From an uncultured Gammaproteobacteria bacterium (GTDB lineage Bacteria > Patescibacteriota > Microgenomatia > UBA8517), in assembly GCA_965231135.1 (NCBI GenBank), contig OZ246419.1, forward strand, positions 81,028-145,027: a DNA stretch of 64,000 nt, read 5' to 3'. The position numbers and the translations under genes are program-made. Below, piece after piece: positions 48,096 to 58,416 of this stretch (the first letter of the stretch is position 1; every line of letters begins with the position of its first letter). Below the pieces are notes generated by a model, which worked only from the letters and a program-made list of their open reading frames with translations, made no database searches and was not told the origin of the DNA.

Positions 48096-49316
48096 ATGGA
48101 ACAGCATCCAGTACCACAAAATATTAGTAGCTATCAGTTTCACCTTGTGGGGGACATGACGCTGAAGCAGTTTTTGGAAATTGGAGGAGGAGTCTTGGTT
48201 GCAGTTTTATTTTATGCAACTGGGCTTCCAGGGATAATTAAACTTCCATTAATTTTAATATCTTGCGGACTTGGCGCCGCACTTGCTTTTGTACCACTTG
48301 AGGAACGTCCACTTGAACAATGGATATTTGCCTTTTTTAGATCTGTATACTCGCCTACTCAATTTCATTGGGATAAAAAACAGGACGTTAAATATTTTGC
48401 AGATGAGAGCGCGACTGAAAATACTGGAGCATCAACCCAAAATACAAAAACAAACCCTGTTTCAAATATTCCATTTTTGAATAAACTCGATTCATCTGAG
48501 AGCTCGTATCTATCTAAACTTGCGGGGGTTTTTAATCCAACTGTTTCACAAACCGCTACTCCAGCTATAGAAACAAAACAAGAAATACAAACACATAACG
48601 AAACAGTGATCAATCACCCAAGCTTTAATCCTAACCCTATTAATTCTGCTTCGCAGAGCGATTCAACACAAACACAAACTACAAACACGCAAACAATTCC
48701 ACAGATAAACGCAAACACTGACAATTCAAGAATAAATGTCACAGCAAGCTTTAACACAAATAGCTCAGGAGATATTTTGACAGAACACATTCAAGGCGGA
48801 GAAACTCCAATACAAGCTACGCCGTCCGTACAACAACCCAAGGAAGTTGTTGTTCCAACAAGCGGACCAATATCTGTTGAACCAACAATTGAAGAGAGAC
48901 CAAAAATTGTAGTACAAGAAATTAAAAGACCTGTTGAAAAGATTGATATCACTCAAACTGCTGTAAACCCAACACTTATTGGGGGTGCAGTTGGCGATGC
49001 ACAACAAGCTAGCTTTTCAGTGAACGCTGCACCACCTTCTTTGCCTACAATCCCTAATACAATTTCTGGTCAAGTGATGGATTCAACAAGTCATATAATT
49101 GAAGGGGCTATACTTGAAATAAAGGATGCTGAAGGACGAGCTGTACGAGCACTTCGCACAAATAAGGCAGGACACTTTTTGATTGTTACACCGCTAATTA
49201 ACGGAAAATATAATATCGTACTTGAAAAAGAAGGATATAATTTTGAACCGATTGAATTTGAAGTAAACGGAGGTATTATTCAGCCAATTGCTATTCGAGC
49301 AAAAGCAATAAATTAA
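48096..49316 (+). CDS. PrgI (VirB3-like) protein with a low-complexity linker and a C-terminal carboxypeptidase-regulatory-like domain
   Basis: HPVPQNI..Y.F.LVG.MTLKQF; ISGQV.D....IEGA.LEI....TN..G.F. Confidence 0.8.
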   Translation: MEQHPVPQNISSYQFHLVGDMTLKQFLEIGGGVLVAVLFYATGLPGIIKLPLILISCGLGAALAFVPLEERPLEQWIFAFFRSVYSPTQFHWDKKQDVKYFADESATENTGASTQNTKTNPVSNIPFLNKLDSSESSYLSKLAGVFNPTVSQTATPAIETKQEIQTHNETVINHPSFNPNPINSASQSDSTQTQTTNTQTIPQINANTDNSRINVTASFNTNSSGDILTEHIQGGETPIQATPSVQQPKEVVVPTSGPISVEPTIEERPKIVVQEIKRPVEKIDITQTAVNPTLIGGAVGDAQQASFSVNAAPPSLPTIPNTISGQVMDSTSHIIEGAILEIKDAEGRAVRALRTNKAGHFLIVTPLINGKYNIVLEKEGYNFEPIEFEVNGGIIQPIAIRAKAIN

Positions 49317-49317
49317 A

Positions 49318-50058
49318 ATGCAAAACAACAATCAACAAAATCAGTCTCAACCAATACAAAAAACTCCCAACAAAACAGTTGATAATGCAAAAAACATGAT
49401 TGGAAAGATTCCTTTTTTGAATCTTCCTGATTTACCGCTTATTTCTACAACACAGGATGAACTTCCAATTGCTGATATAACTGACGATTTAGTTTTATTT
49501 AAAGATGGAGGAGCAGCTTTGGTCATGGAAACTACTTCACTTAACTTTGGATTGTTATCTGAAAAAGAACAACAAGCCGTAGTTTATTCATATGCTGCAC
49601 TTCTTAATTCACTTTCTTTTTCAATACAAATACTTGTTAGATCTCAGCGAAAAGATATAAGCAATTATTTAACTTATTTAGCTGAAGCTGCTAACAAGAT
49701 TTCCAATCCTAAACTACAGGTTGTTATGAACTCTTATAGGACTTTTATTGCTGAGATTGTTAAAAAGAAAAATGTTTTAGGAAAGCGATTTTTTATCGTT
49801 GTACCATTTTCTCCACTGGAACTTGGAGCTAAACAATCTTTTTCGACAGTCACAAAACGAGGGCCACTTCCCTTTCCTAAAAGTTATATTTTGAAAAAAG
49901 CACAAGTGGCGCTTTATCCAAAACGAGATCATTTAACAAGACAGGCTGGAAGACTTTCTATAAAATTAACACAATTAAATACAAACCAATTAATAGAATT
50001 ATTTTATGAATTTTATAATCCGACGCCGCCAGCAATTACTGATAAAGGAATCAAATGA
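49318..50058 (+). CDS. TraC/VirB4 N-terminal-like T4SS protein
   Basis: STQ..LPI..I, NF.LLSE.EQ, LNSLSF.IQI and F.IVVPF motifs. Confidence 0.7.
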   Translation: MQNNNQQNQSQPIQKTPNKTVDNAKNMIGKIPFLNLPDLPLISTTQDELPIADITDDLVLFKDGGAALVMETTSLNFGLLSEKEQQAVVYSYAALLNSLSFSIQILVRSQRKDISNYLTYLAEAANKISNPKLQVVMNSYRTFIAEIVKKKNVLGKRFFIVVPFSPLELGAKQSFSTVTKRGPLPFPKSYILKKAQVALYPKRDHLTRQAGRLSIKLTQLNTNQLIELFYEFYNPTPPAITDKGIK

Positions 50059-51809
50059 AAAACTCTAAACCACAGATTTCGAATCCATTAATTGAATATG
50101 CAAAAGGTGAAATGAGCGTTCAAGATATTATTGCTCCAAAAGAATTTGAGATTGATTTTGATTATGTAAAAATTGGAGACACTTATCTTCGAACTCTTTT
50201 TGTGGGAGGGTATCCGAGATTTGTAACTCCAGGATGGCTTGAACCTGTTATTAATTTTAATCATTCAATGGATATTTCTTTTTATATTTATCCAGTTGAA
50301 GGCAAAGATGTACTTGATGATTTGAAAAGAAAAATTACAGAAATGGAAGCTGAAATATCAACTGATATACAGCGCGGGAAAATAGTTAATCCATCAACTG
50401 AGGCAAAACTAGAAGATGCGCGAGCGCTTCAGGAGCAGCTTGTGAAAGGAGCTGAAAGATTTTTTGAGTTTTCATTTTATATAACTATTCCTGCTGCAAC
50501 CTTGGAAGAACTTAACCATGTAACAAAACAAGTAGAATCAACGCTTGGATCACTTTTGATTGTAGGCAAAAAAGCTTCTCTTGATATGGAGAGAGGGTTT
50601 TTGTCTACAGGACCGATTGGATTTGACAGACTTTCAATAACGAGAAACATGGATACAACTTCTCTTGCCACAACATTTCCTTTTACATCTGCAGAATTGT
50701 CTTCTGATACAGGAATTCTTTATGGAATAAATCCTCAAAATGAATCATTTATTATTTTTGATCGCTTTAGTTTGGAAAATTATAATATGACAATCTTTGC
50801 TACTTCTGGAGCTGGAAAATCTTTCTTTGTGAAACTTGAAAGTGTACGATCTTTAATGCTTGGAAGCGAAATAATCATTATTGACCCTGAGGCGGAATAT
50901 AAACCTTTAACTGATGCAGTGGGCGGAGAATATATTTCTTTTTCTTTTAATAGTCCTGCTAAAATTAATCCTTTTGATTTGTCGCAGATTTATGAAGAGG
51001 GAGAAAACCAACTTGGACTTAAAATACTTTCGCTGCATTCACTTTTCAGAGTTATTATGGGAGAACTAAATGCAACACAGGATGCCATGCTTGACCGCGC
51101 TCTTGTAATGACATACCGCTCTAAAGGGATTACACAAGACCCTGGGACACAAACTAAAGAGCCGCCGCTTATTGAGGATCTTTATAAAACATTGATTGGA
51201 ATGGAAGTACCTGAAGCACTTGACCTTGCTGCACGAATTGAAAAATATGTAAAAGGATCATTTGTTGGAATTTTTGATCAACAAACAAATATTGATATTA
51301 CAAACCCTTTTACTGTATTTTCTATTCAAGACCTTCAGGAAGTACTTCGACCGATTGCAATGTTTATAATATTAGACTTTATATGGACAAAAGTGAAAAA
51401 AGATAAAAAGAAACGCTTATTAATTGTTGATGAAGCCTGGATTATGATGAGATATCCAGATACGGCACAGTTTTTATGGAGCGTTGTGAAGCGGGCACGT
51501 AAATATTTTTTGGGGCTTACTACAATAACTCAAGATGTGGAAGATTTTTTGGGACAAGATATTGGAAAAGCTATTGTTACAAATTCATCGCTTCGTGTTT
51601 TATTGAAACAATCCCCTGCTGCAATTGATAAAGTTGGAGATTTGTTTTATCTTTCACAAGGAGAAAGGCAACTTCTCATGGCAGCAAACGTTGGCGAAGG
51701 AATATTTTTTGCAGGACCACACCATGCACCAATTCGCGTGGTTGCATCACCTGAAGAATATAAACTTATAACTACAAAGCCGAGCGAAGTAATAGACAAG
51801 AAGGTATAA
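50055..51809 (+). CDS. virB4: VirB4-like ATPase
   Basis: ATSGAGKS, IIDPE.EY, INPFD, VDEAW, RARKY and ITQDVEDF motifs. Confidence 0.9.
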   Translation: MKNSKPQISNPLIEYAKGEMSVQDIIAPKEFEIDFDYVKIGDTYLRTLFVGGYPRFVTPGWLEPVINFNHSMDISFYIYPVEGKDVLDDLKRKITEMEAEISTDIQRGKIVNPSTEAKLEDARALQEQLVKGAERFFEFSFYITIPAATLEELNHVTKQVESTLGSLLIVGKKASLDMERGFLSTGPIGFDRLSITRNMDTTSLATTFPFTSAELSSDTGILYGINPQNESFIIFDRFSLENYNMTIFATSGAGKSFFVKLESVRSLMLGSEIIIIDPEAEYKPLTDAVGGEYISFSFNSPAKINPFDLSQIYEEGENQLGLKILSLHSLFRVIMGELNATQDAMLDRALVMTYRSKGITQDPGTQTKEPPLIEDLYKTLIGMEVPEALDLAARIEKYVKGSFVGIFDQQTNIDITNPFTVFSIQDLQEVLRPIAMFIILDFIWTKVKKDKKKRLLIVDEAWIMMRYPDTAQFLWSVVKRARKYFLGLTTITQDVEDFLGQDIGKAIVTNSSLRVLLKQSPAAIDKVGDLFYLSQGERQLLMAANVGEGIFFAGPHHAPIRVVASPEEYKLITTKPSEVIDKKV

Positions 51810-51815
51810 TATGGT

Positions 51816-54800
51816 ATGGTTCCGCTTGAACTTATTAATTCAGAGAATTTAGGACTTGCTTTAGAATCTTTTTCATACTTTACACAACATCCTCAAGAAA
51901 TATCTTATGGGAAGATAAAAAAAGATGAACTTATTGATTTTATCTTAGATGTAACCAATCAAGAAGATATTAATAAAGCAATTTCTGTATTAAATAAGCT
52001 TTATAGAGAAAAACTTGCTGAAGAAAATAAACCTGTAGCTCCTCCCCCGCAACCAAGCGTAACAGTTCCACTTAATTCAAAAGATTTGGTTGCAGCTCTT
52101 GATAAATATATTGCTGACAAAAAAGAACAAGCGAGACTTTACGATGAGTTTGTTGGCAGCTTTGAAAGACAAGAGGAAGCAAAAGCTTACCAAATGAAGC
52201 TTGAAGATGAAGCACAAATCAGACAAATGATCCGTCAAGATGATCAAAGGTTTATTCAGGAAACTGTAAAGCGAACTGCAAAACAACAAAAAATAACTAA
52301 TGAACAAGCAAAAGAGTTAGTTCAACAAAGAATTAATAATTTAAATAAGACAACTCCTCAATTTAAAACAAGAGTTGCAGAAGAACTGCGAAAAAGTATT
52401 GCAGTAAAAAATGAAGTGCTTCCTGCAGAGACAGAAGAAAGAATCACACAAGCTGTAAATGATTACACTGATCGCGGAATTGTTCCTGATTTAAGAAAAA
52501 TAAAAGCTTTTGAAGATCAACCTAAATCAAAAGAAGAAGTAAGAGAGGAAATAATTCAGGCTGTTACTAGTTCTGCAAGCGAAAAATTAACAGCAGAAGC
52601 TCAAGAAAAAGTAGATAAATTAGTTGATGAAGTTATTAAGGAGGGAAGAAAAATTGATAACGATGAGGTAGTCGCAAGAGTAAGGCTTGCTGAGCCAATT
52701 ATTGTAGCGCCAGAACAAAAAACTGTGCCTGTTGTTTTAAATAAAGAAGAAGTAAGAATTTTAGATAACGATCTTCAAGAATTACAAACTAGCAGAGAAC
52801 AATTTATTGAAGATAAGGCAACTAAAATTGCGAGTAACTTAAGAAATTCAGGGCTGGTAAAAAATTTGACTCCCAAACAAGTTAATCAGATTTCAACAGA
52901 AATTTCTCGCGACAATGCAGAAAAATTAGAACCTTTAGCAAAGCAGGTTGAAGGAAAAACAATAGAAGACAGACAAGTATTGCTTTCACAAATACAAAAA
53001 CCAGCTAACCCAGTTGCCATATTAGGACCTGCAACCGACCCTAAATCGTCTATCTATCAAAATATTCCAGATGCACAAATTATAGCTGCGAAAATGGAGA
53101 AATTAAGAATAAGAGCTGCTACTGAAGAAGATTTTATTGAAAATGGATTGTCAGCAGAATATGACAAAAACATAATAACTGCTTTGAGAGGAGATCCTCT
53201 TGAAAAATTTCAAGAAGTTGAAGAAGAAGAAAATAAAAAAGGTTATGAGTTTGATTTTAATAAAGCATATGATTTATATCAAAAGTTTTTTAGGAACCAA
53301 GAAACTATTATTACTTCTGCTGAAACTGCAATACAACTAGCGCAGCCTGAAATTATTCCTTTTATTTTTGATGCAAGTATTGGATCTTATGCAGGATTTA
53401 CAATTGCATCGTCAATTGTAGCTGAAGCAAGTAGTAATGCAATAGCAACACAAGTTTTTAATCCCCGACTTCTGCAAATCTCAAACGCAATGCTTCCATC
53501 AACTAGTTTTGCATTACCTGGTGCAACAGGAGTAACGATAAGCGAAGGAGTTGTAGGACAACTTGCTGGGTACATATCACTTGGAGGGGCGCAAGGGGTA
53601 CCTGTTTTTATTATTACAGGAGGACAGGCTGGAGCAACACTTCTTGCTGAAGGAGCAACAACTTTTTATTTGGGAGCTCCTCAAGCAGTTGCAGCTCTCG
53701 CTGAAAGTGGTGTAGCAGAGCTTGGAACGGGAATTTTTGCTGAAGGATTAACAACTGCAGCAAGCCTTGGAGCAGAAGGTGGAGTAGTTGCTGCTACGGC
53801 AGTTGGCGGAACAGAACTAGCAGTTGCAGGAACTGGAGCTGCAGCCGCTACCGCAACCACTGCAGCTGGGGCTGCTACAGCTGCCACCGGAGCATTAGGC
53901 GCACTTGCCGGATTTATTGCAACACCTCTTGGAGCTTTAATTACAGGATTTTTGGTTAGTAAAATTCTACCTTTAATTAAGAAATATATTGTTCCTATTT
54001 TTGCCGGAATTGGTGCATTAGTTGGAGGAGTTGTTTTTGGAGGATTCGGAGTTTTGGGAGGGGCAGTAGTTGGGGCAGGACTTGCAGGAGGATTAACAGC
54101 TGGAACAATAGAAGGAGCTGTAGCGACAGTTACTGGAGGAATTGCAGCACTTGGAACAGCGTTTGCGACGGCAATTATTGGGCCATTTATTGCTGCTTTA
54201 ATTGGAATTCCAGTTATTGTTGCTTTAATTTTATTTATTATAAATAGCGGAGCCTATGTGGTACCTCAAGGGACTGGTTTTTCGCTAGGAACAGGCGGAG
54301 GAGTTAATATTAGTGAGCCATGCGATACTGCTTCTATTCCAGGAAATCCAGCTGCTGCTGCAGTTTGTATAGTTGATGCCCTGATTCAATCTAATTTAAA
54401 TCCTCTAAATTCGACTATGTTTACATCCACAAATTGGAGCGGTTTTGTAAGTTCATTACCAGCTCCTGTAGTAAAACCAATTCACGATGTTACTGCAAAT
54501 AATTTTAATCTTCAATGTACAGCTCTGGTTGCAGCAAGCGCCGCTTATGCTTATAGTCAAAACTTTTTACTTAATCACCCAAAAGCTTGCGGTTATCTTT
54601 ATACACCACCAAGCGGTTATACAGCAATACACGGAACCGCAGGAATTGCTGCAGGAGATTTTTTTATAATTGATGGAACTCCAAATTGCAGTTCTGGAAC
54701 AGCAGGGCATATTGGCGTGGTAGAATCAGTTGACGGAGCATTAATTAGCTGTGCTGATGCTAATTATATTGGACCTGGAGCGGTGAGAGTTGCTCATGGA

Positions 54801-54845
54801 TGTTTTGCGTTATCACAAATTACTGGATATTTAAGAAAACAATAG
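51816..54845 (+). CDS. Coiled-coil plus Gly/Ala-rich multi-TM protein with a C-terminal CHAP-like domain
   Basis: LQCT (Cys), GHIGVVESV (His), DANY and I.GYLR motifs. Confidence 0.7.
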   Translation: MVPLELINSENLGLALESFSYFTQHPQEISYGKIKKDELIDFILDVTNQEDINKAISVLNKLYREKLAEENKPVAPPPQPSVTVPLNSKDLVAALDKYIADKKEQARLYDEFVGSFERQEEAKAYQMKLEDEAQIRQMIRQDDQRFIQETVKRTAKQQKITNEQAKELVQQRINNLNKTTPQFKTRVAEELRKSIAVKNEVLPAETEERITQAVNDYTDRGIVPDLRKIKAFEDQPKSKEEVREEIIQAVTSSASEKLTAEAQEKVDKLVDEVIKEGRKIDNDEVVARVRLAEPIIVAPEQKTVPVVLNKEEVRILDNDLQELQTSREQFIEDKATKIASNLRNSGLVKNLTPKQVNQISTEISRDNAEKLEPLAKQVEGKTIEDRQVLLSQIQKPANPVAILGPATDPKSSIYQNIPDAQIIAAKMEKLRIRAATEEDFIENGLSAEYDKNIITALRGDPLEKFQEVEEEENKKGYEFDFNKAYDLYQKFFRNQETIITSAETAIQLAQPEIIPFIFDASIGSYAGFTIASSIVAEASSNAIATQVFNPRLLQISNAMLPSTSFALPGATGVTISEGVVGQLAGYISLGGAQGVPVFIITGGQAGATLLAEGATTFYLGAPQAVAALAESGVAELGTGIFAEGLTTAASLGAEGGVVAATAVGGTELAVAGTGAAAATATTAAGAATAATGALGALAGFIATPLGALITGFLVSKILPLIKKYIVPIFAGIGALVGGVVFGGFGVLGGAVVGAGLAGGLTAGTIEGAVATVTGGIAALGTAFATAIIGPFIAALIGIPVIVALILFIINSGAYVVPQGTGFSLGTGGGVNISEPCDTASIPGNPAAAAVCIVDALIQSNLNPLNSTMFTSTNWSGFVSSLPAPVVKPIHDVTANNFNLQCTALVAASAAYAYSQNFLLNHPKACGYLYTPPSGYTAIHGTAGIAAGDFFIIDGTPNCSSGTAGHIGVVESVDGALISCADANYIGPGAVRVAHGCFALSQITGYLRKQ

Positions 54846-54848
54846 AAT

Positions 54849-55463
54849 ATGAGTAGAAAATGGAAAATAATAATTGCTGGAGTTGTAATTTTTATAGTTA
54901 TTATAATTATTTCTTTTCTGACTTCAACTCAAAAAAACCAAATTCAAGGACCGCTTACTATAACAAGCTCAGTACCTTCCAACCAAGCAAGTAATGTTAA
55001 TGTTTTTGATCCAATTACAATAACTTTTAATCAAAATATAAATCCTGCTTTGATTGGTGTTACATCAACTCCAAACGAAAACTGGAGTATTTCTCAAAAT
55101 TCACCAGCCACAATTACAATTAACCATACACTTTATCTTCAAGAAAACACATCATATCAACTCTCAATTAATCAAAGCGGAGTCTCTATTGGAATATTAA
55201 ATTTTAAAACAGCTCAAGACCAAAACGATCCGCGGCAATTACAACAATTACAGTCAGATCTTAATAAAGATTATCCCCTTGCATCACTTACACCTTACGA
55301 AACTGCTGATTTTAAAGTAGTTTACAGTGCACCACTTACACTGGAAATAGATCTTAAAAGTGCTATTAGTTCACAAGATGCAATTTCGCAAGTAAAAACA
55401 TGGGTAAGCACAAACGGAGTTGACCCTTCAACACATACTTACAGGGTAGTTCCTAGTAAATAA
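54849..55463 (+). CDS. Ig-like (Big_5) domain membrane protein
   Basis: S.PSN.A.NV..PITITFNQ.I..L...TSY...F.T pattern. Confidence 0.7.
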   Translation: MSRKWKIIIAGVVIFIVIIIISFLTSTQKNQIQGPLTITSSVPSNQASNVNVFDPITITFNQNINPALIGVTSTPNENWSISQNSPATITINHTLYLQENTSYQLSINQSGVSIGILNFKTAQDQNDPRQLQQLQSDLNKDYPLASLTPYETADFKVVYSAPLTLEIDLKSAISSQDAISQVKTWVSTNGVDPSTHTYRVVPSK

Positions 55464-55467
55464 ATTA

Positions 55468-56598
55468 TTAGCTTTGGACTCTAACTGGCATAATTAAATG
55501 AAGAAAGTTTTCGTTTTTACTGTCTACAAAAATTACAGGAGAAACTGCATCTGTTAATTTCATTTCAACACTATCCCCTTCTGCATTATTCAGGAAATCT
55601 TCTACAAATTTATAATTAAACAAGACTTCAAGCGACGGGCCTTTTATCTCTGCTTCAATACTCCCTTTTTCATTGCCAGCCTTTCCTTCGCTTGTTACTG
55701 TGAGAGACCCTTCGACTCCATCAGAATTTCGCTCAGGATGACCTATGGTCATTTTGATTAAATTGCCAACGTCTTTAGCAAAAATACTTGCTAGCTTTAC
55801 ACTTTTAATAAGATCATTTTTATCAACACTTACAAGAGTAGTTGATGAAACGGGAATAATTTTTCCAAAATCAGGAAAGTTACCATCAATTAAACGGGTC
55901 GTAAAAAAGACATCGTTTATTTTTATAACAAGCTGATTTTCTGTTTCTTTAGATTCAATTAAAATCTCTTTGGCATTGTTTCCTATTTTTAAAAGCTCAA
56001 GAAGAGAGTTTTTGGGAATTATAACCGGCTTTAGGGATATTTCCTTGGATAAATTGACTGTGGTTTTTGATAAACGGAAGCCATCTGATGCTACTAGAGT
56101 TAATTTCGAACTTTCAAATATAAATAACACACCAGTTAGAACTGGGCGAGCAACATCCGCTCCAACTGCAAAAAGAATTTTAGTTAAGGCAGCTTTTAAT
56201 TCATCAAAAACTAAAGTAAAACTTTTTTTATCATCTATTTCATTTGGGATTTTAGGAAAATCGTTTGAAGGTGTTACTGGTAAATTAATTTCTGAATTTT
56301 GGGAAACTATTTCCATTTTTTCATTTTGTGCAATTAAATCTATTTGGCCTTTATTTAAATTAGAAATGATTTCCTCAAAATATTTTGCCGGAATTGTAAT
56401 ATTTCCTTCCTCTTCGACTTTAGCGCCAATCGAAGTTGAAATTGACATTTCAAGATTGGTTGCTGAGATTTTTAGTTTTGTTTTATCTGTTTCTAATAAG
56501 AAATTACTAAGAATTGGGAGAGTTGTACGTGACGCTATAAATCGTATTGCTGTTTGTAAGTTATTATTCAGATCTTCCTGAAGTACTTGGACTTTCAT
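55468..56598 (-). CDS. dnaN: DNA polymerase III beta clamp
   Basis: LPILSN, ATNLE, RPVLTG, ASDGFRL, G.FPDF and LIMPVR motifs. Confidence 0.97.
   Translation of the reverse strand: MKVQVLQEDLNNNLQTAIRFIASRTTLPILSNFLLETDKTKLKISATNLEMSISTSIGAKVEEEGNITIPAKYFEEIISNLNKGQIDLIAQNEKMEIVSQNSEINLPVTPSNDFPKIPNEIDDKKSFTLVFDELKAALTKILFAVGADVARPVLTGVLFIFESSKLTLVASDGFRLSKTTVNLSKEISLKPVIIPKNSLLELLKIGNNAKEILIESKETENQLVIKINDVFFTTRLIDGNFPDFGKIIPVSSTTLVSVDKNDLIKSVKLASIFAKDVGNLIKMTIGHPERNSDGVEGSLTVTSEGKAGNEKGSIEAEIKGPSLEVLFNYKFVEDFLNNAEGDSVEMKLTDAVSPVIFVDSKNENFLHLIMPVRVQS
55708..55740 (+). repeat. REP-like hairpin derivative inside dnaN
   Basis: CCCTTCGACT-ccatcagaattt-CGCTCAGGATG; translated as HPERNSDGVEG. Confidence 0.65.
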
Positions 56599-56802
56599 TT
56601 AATCCACATAATAGCAATTTATAAGTTTTAGTCAATAAAGTGTTAGTTTATATAATTAAATAGTAGAAGCAGTAGTAGTAATGTGGGTATGTGGATAATA
56701 GCTTTGAGGTGAATTTCGGGTGAGGTGTGGATAGTTTTGTGGATAACGCAGTTTTCATGGTGGATAAGTGGATAATTGTTGGCGTTTGTCCACAGGACAA
56801 CC
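56599..56802. other. oriC: Chromosomal replication origin oriC
   Basis: dnaA-dnaN intergenic region; DnaA boxes TGTGGATAA at 56690 and 56738, variants at 56726, 56759, 56767 and 56786; TAG trios at 56661-56680; AT-rich tract. Confidence 0.9.
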
Positions 56803-58182
56803 TCAAAGGATCTGTTTTATCCCCATGATATCCTCACGAGTTTTGGCATCGCTTGAAGCTAGAGAAGTTACTTTTTCCACAGCGTGCATGACAGTGCTAT
56901 GATCGCGGCCGCCAATTGTTTGGCCGATTTCATCAAAAGGCAAACCTAATTCAATCCTGAGAAGATACATTAATATTTGCCTTGGACGCGCGACTGATTG
57001 AGAACGGACATGACTTAATAAAGCTTTCTTGCTTACAGAAAAATGAGTTGAGACTGCATCAAAAACTTTTTCTGGGCTTACTTTTTCTTTTGGAGTTAAA
57101 TTTTCTATACCATCCCCTCCTTTACTTAATAATGATTTTACGAGATTTTCGTCGATGGGAATATTTTTTATCTTACTTTCTGAAAAGAGGCGAGTCAGAA
57201 AACCTTGAATTTGTCTTGCCCCTTCGATATTGCCTGCAATAATACTTACAAGTTCTATTGGTAGTTCAATTCCCTTTTCTTTTCCTTTAATTTGAATGAT
57301 GGCACATTTTAATTCGAAGTCAGCTTTTCCTATATCAACAGTTAAGCCCGCTTCAAATCTGCTTTTTAATCTGTCTTCGAGATTTTTAATTTTTGAAGGT
57401 TCTGTATCTGAAGTTAATATAATTTGCCCACCAGAACCGACTACAGCATTAAAGGTGTGGAAGAACTCTTCCTGGACACCTTCTTTGCCGCTTATAAACT
57501 GAATATCGTCAACAAACAAGCCTTGAAGCTTTCTGTATTTATCTCTTACTGCTTGCGTTGTTTTATTTCTAATTCCCTGCACTACTTCATTTGTGAATTC
57601 TTCTGCAGAACACAATAATACTTTTGCATTTGGATTTGATTTAATCATTTTAAATCCAACTGCTTGCATTAAATGGGTTTTGCCTACTCCAACTCCTCCC
57701 CAAATAAAAAGCGGGTTGTATGCAATACCAGGAGTTGCTGCAATGCTTTGGGCTGCGGCGTAGGCCATTTGATTGCTTCCTGAGACAGCGAAGTTTTCGA
57801 AAGTGAAACCTAAACGAATATTACTTGAAACTAGTTTTTGAGTTAGATCTTCATCTTTGTCATCTTCGGCAAAAAGAGGCGCGATTGGAATTTCTTTTTT
57901 TGGAGCGACTGAGGCGACTGCTCCAACTGTGAATTCTAAATCGACTGGTGCATCAACTGCTTTCATTAGAGAGTCTTGAAGAAGGCCGAAATATCTTTCC
58001 TGAATTGTTTGCTTAACAAAATAAGAATTACAAACTATTGTTGCAAGATAACGAGTGTCATTTACTTTTTTTAAACTGCCTAATTCAGTTTGAGAGATCC
58101 AAGTTGAAAAGATTGCAGCGGAGACTGAAACTTTTACAGATTCTAAAACATCATGCCAGATTTGAACTTTATCCTGCTTCAT
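56803..58182 (-). CDS. dnaA: Chromosomal replication initiator DnaA
   Basis: YNPLFIWGGVGVGKTHL, VDDIQF, QEEFFHTFN, RLKSRF and GGRDHSTV motifs. Confidence 0.98.
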   Translation of the reverse strand: MKQDKVQIWHDVLESVKVSVSAAIFSTWISQTELGSLKKVNDTRYLATIVCNSYFVKQTIQERYFGLLQDSLMKAVDAPVDLEFTVGAVASVAPKKEIPIAPLFAEDDKDEDLTQKLVSSNIRLGFTFENFAVSGSNQMAYAAAQSIAATPGIAYNPLFIWGGVGVGKTHLMQAVGFKMIKSNPNAKVLLCSAEEFTNEVVQGIRNKTTQAVRDKYRKLQGLFVDDIQFISGKEGVQEEFFHTFNAVVGSGGQIILTSDTEPSKIKNLEDRLKSRFEAGLTVDIGKADFELKCAIIQIKGKEKGIELPIELVSIIAGNIEGARQIQGFLTRLFSESKIKNIPIDENLVKSLLSKGGDGIENLTPKEKVSPEKVFDAVSTHFSVSKKALLSHVRSQSVARPRQILMYLLRIELGLPFDEIGQTIGGRDHSTVMHAVEKVTSLASSDAKTREDIMGIKQIL

Positions 58183-58205
58183 ACTTGTCCACTTCTTTTA
58201 ACGAG

Positions 58206-58214
58206 TTATCCACA
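58206..58214 (+). promoter_or_regulatory. DnaA box upstream of dnaA (autoregulation)
   Basis: Perfect TTATCCACA; degenerate TTGTCCACT at 58185. Confidence 0.75.
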
Positions 58215-58272
58215 AATGGTCAAGGGGGAAATTATATTAGCAAAAAGAGAAATATTTTGATATAATTTTCGT

Positions 58273-58413
58273 ATGGCAACGAAGAGAACATATCAACCAA
58301 GCAAAATTCACAGGAAACGCGTTCATGGATTTAGGGCTCGCAATAAAACTAAAAGCGGACGCCAAGTAATTAAGCGCAGAACTTCTATTGGGCGCAAAAG
58401 AATTACTATTTAA
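58273..58413 (+). CDS. rpmH: 50S ribosomal protein L34
   Basis: Manual translation [46 protein letters not shown]; not in the ORF track. Confidence 0.95.
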   Translation: MATKRTYQPSKIHRKRVHGFRARNKTKSGRQVIKRRTSIGRKRITI

Positions 58414-58416
58414 TTA

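Noticed and set aside
55970-56581. 203-aa plus-strand ORF and many other antisense ORFs inside long genes
   Set aside because: Antisense shadows of well-supported genes such as dnaN; no motifs
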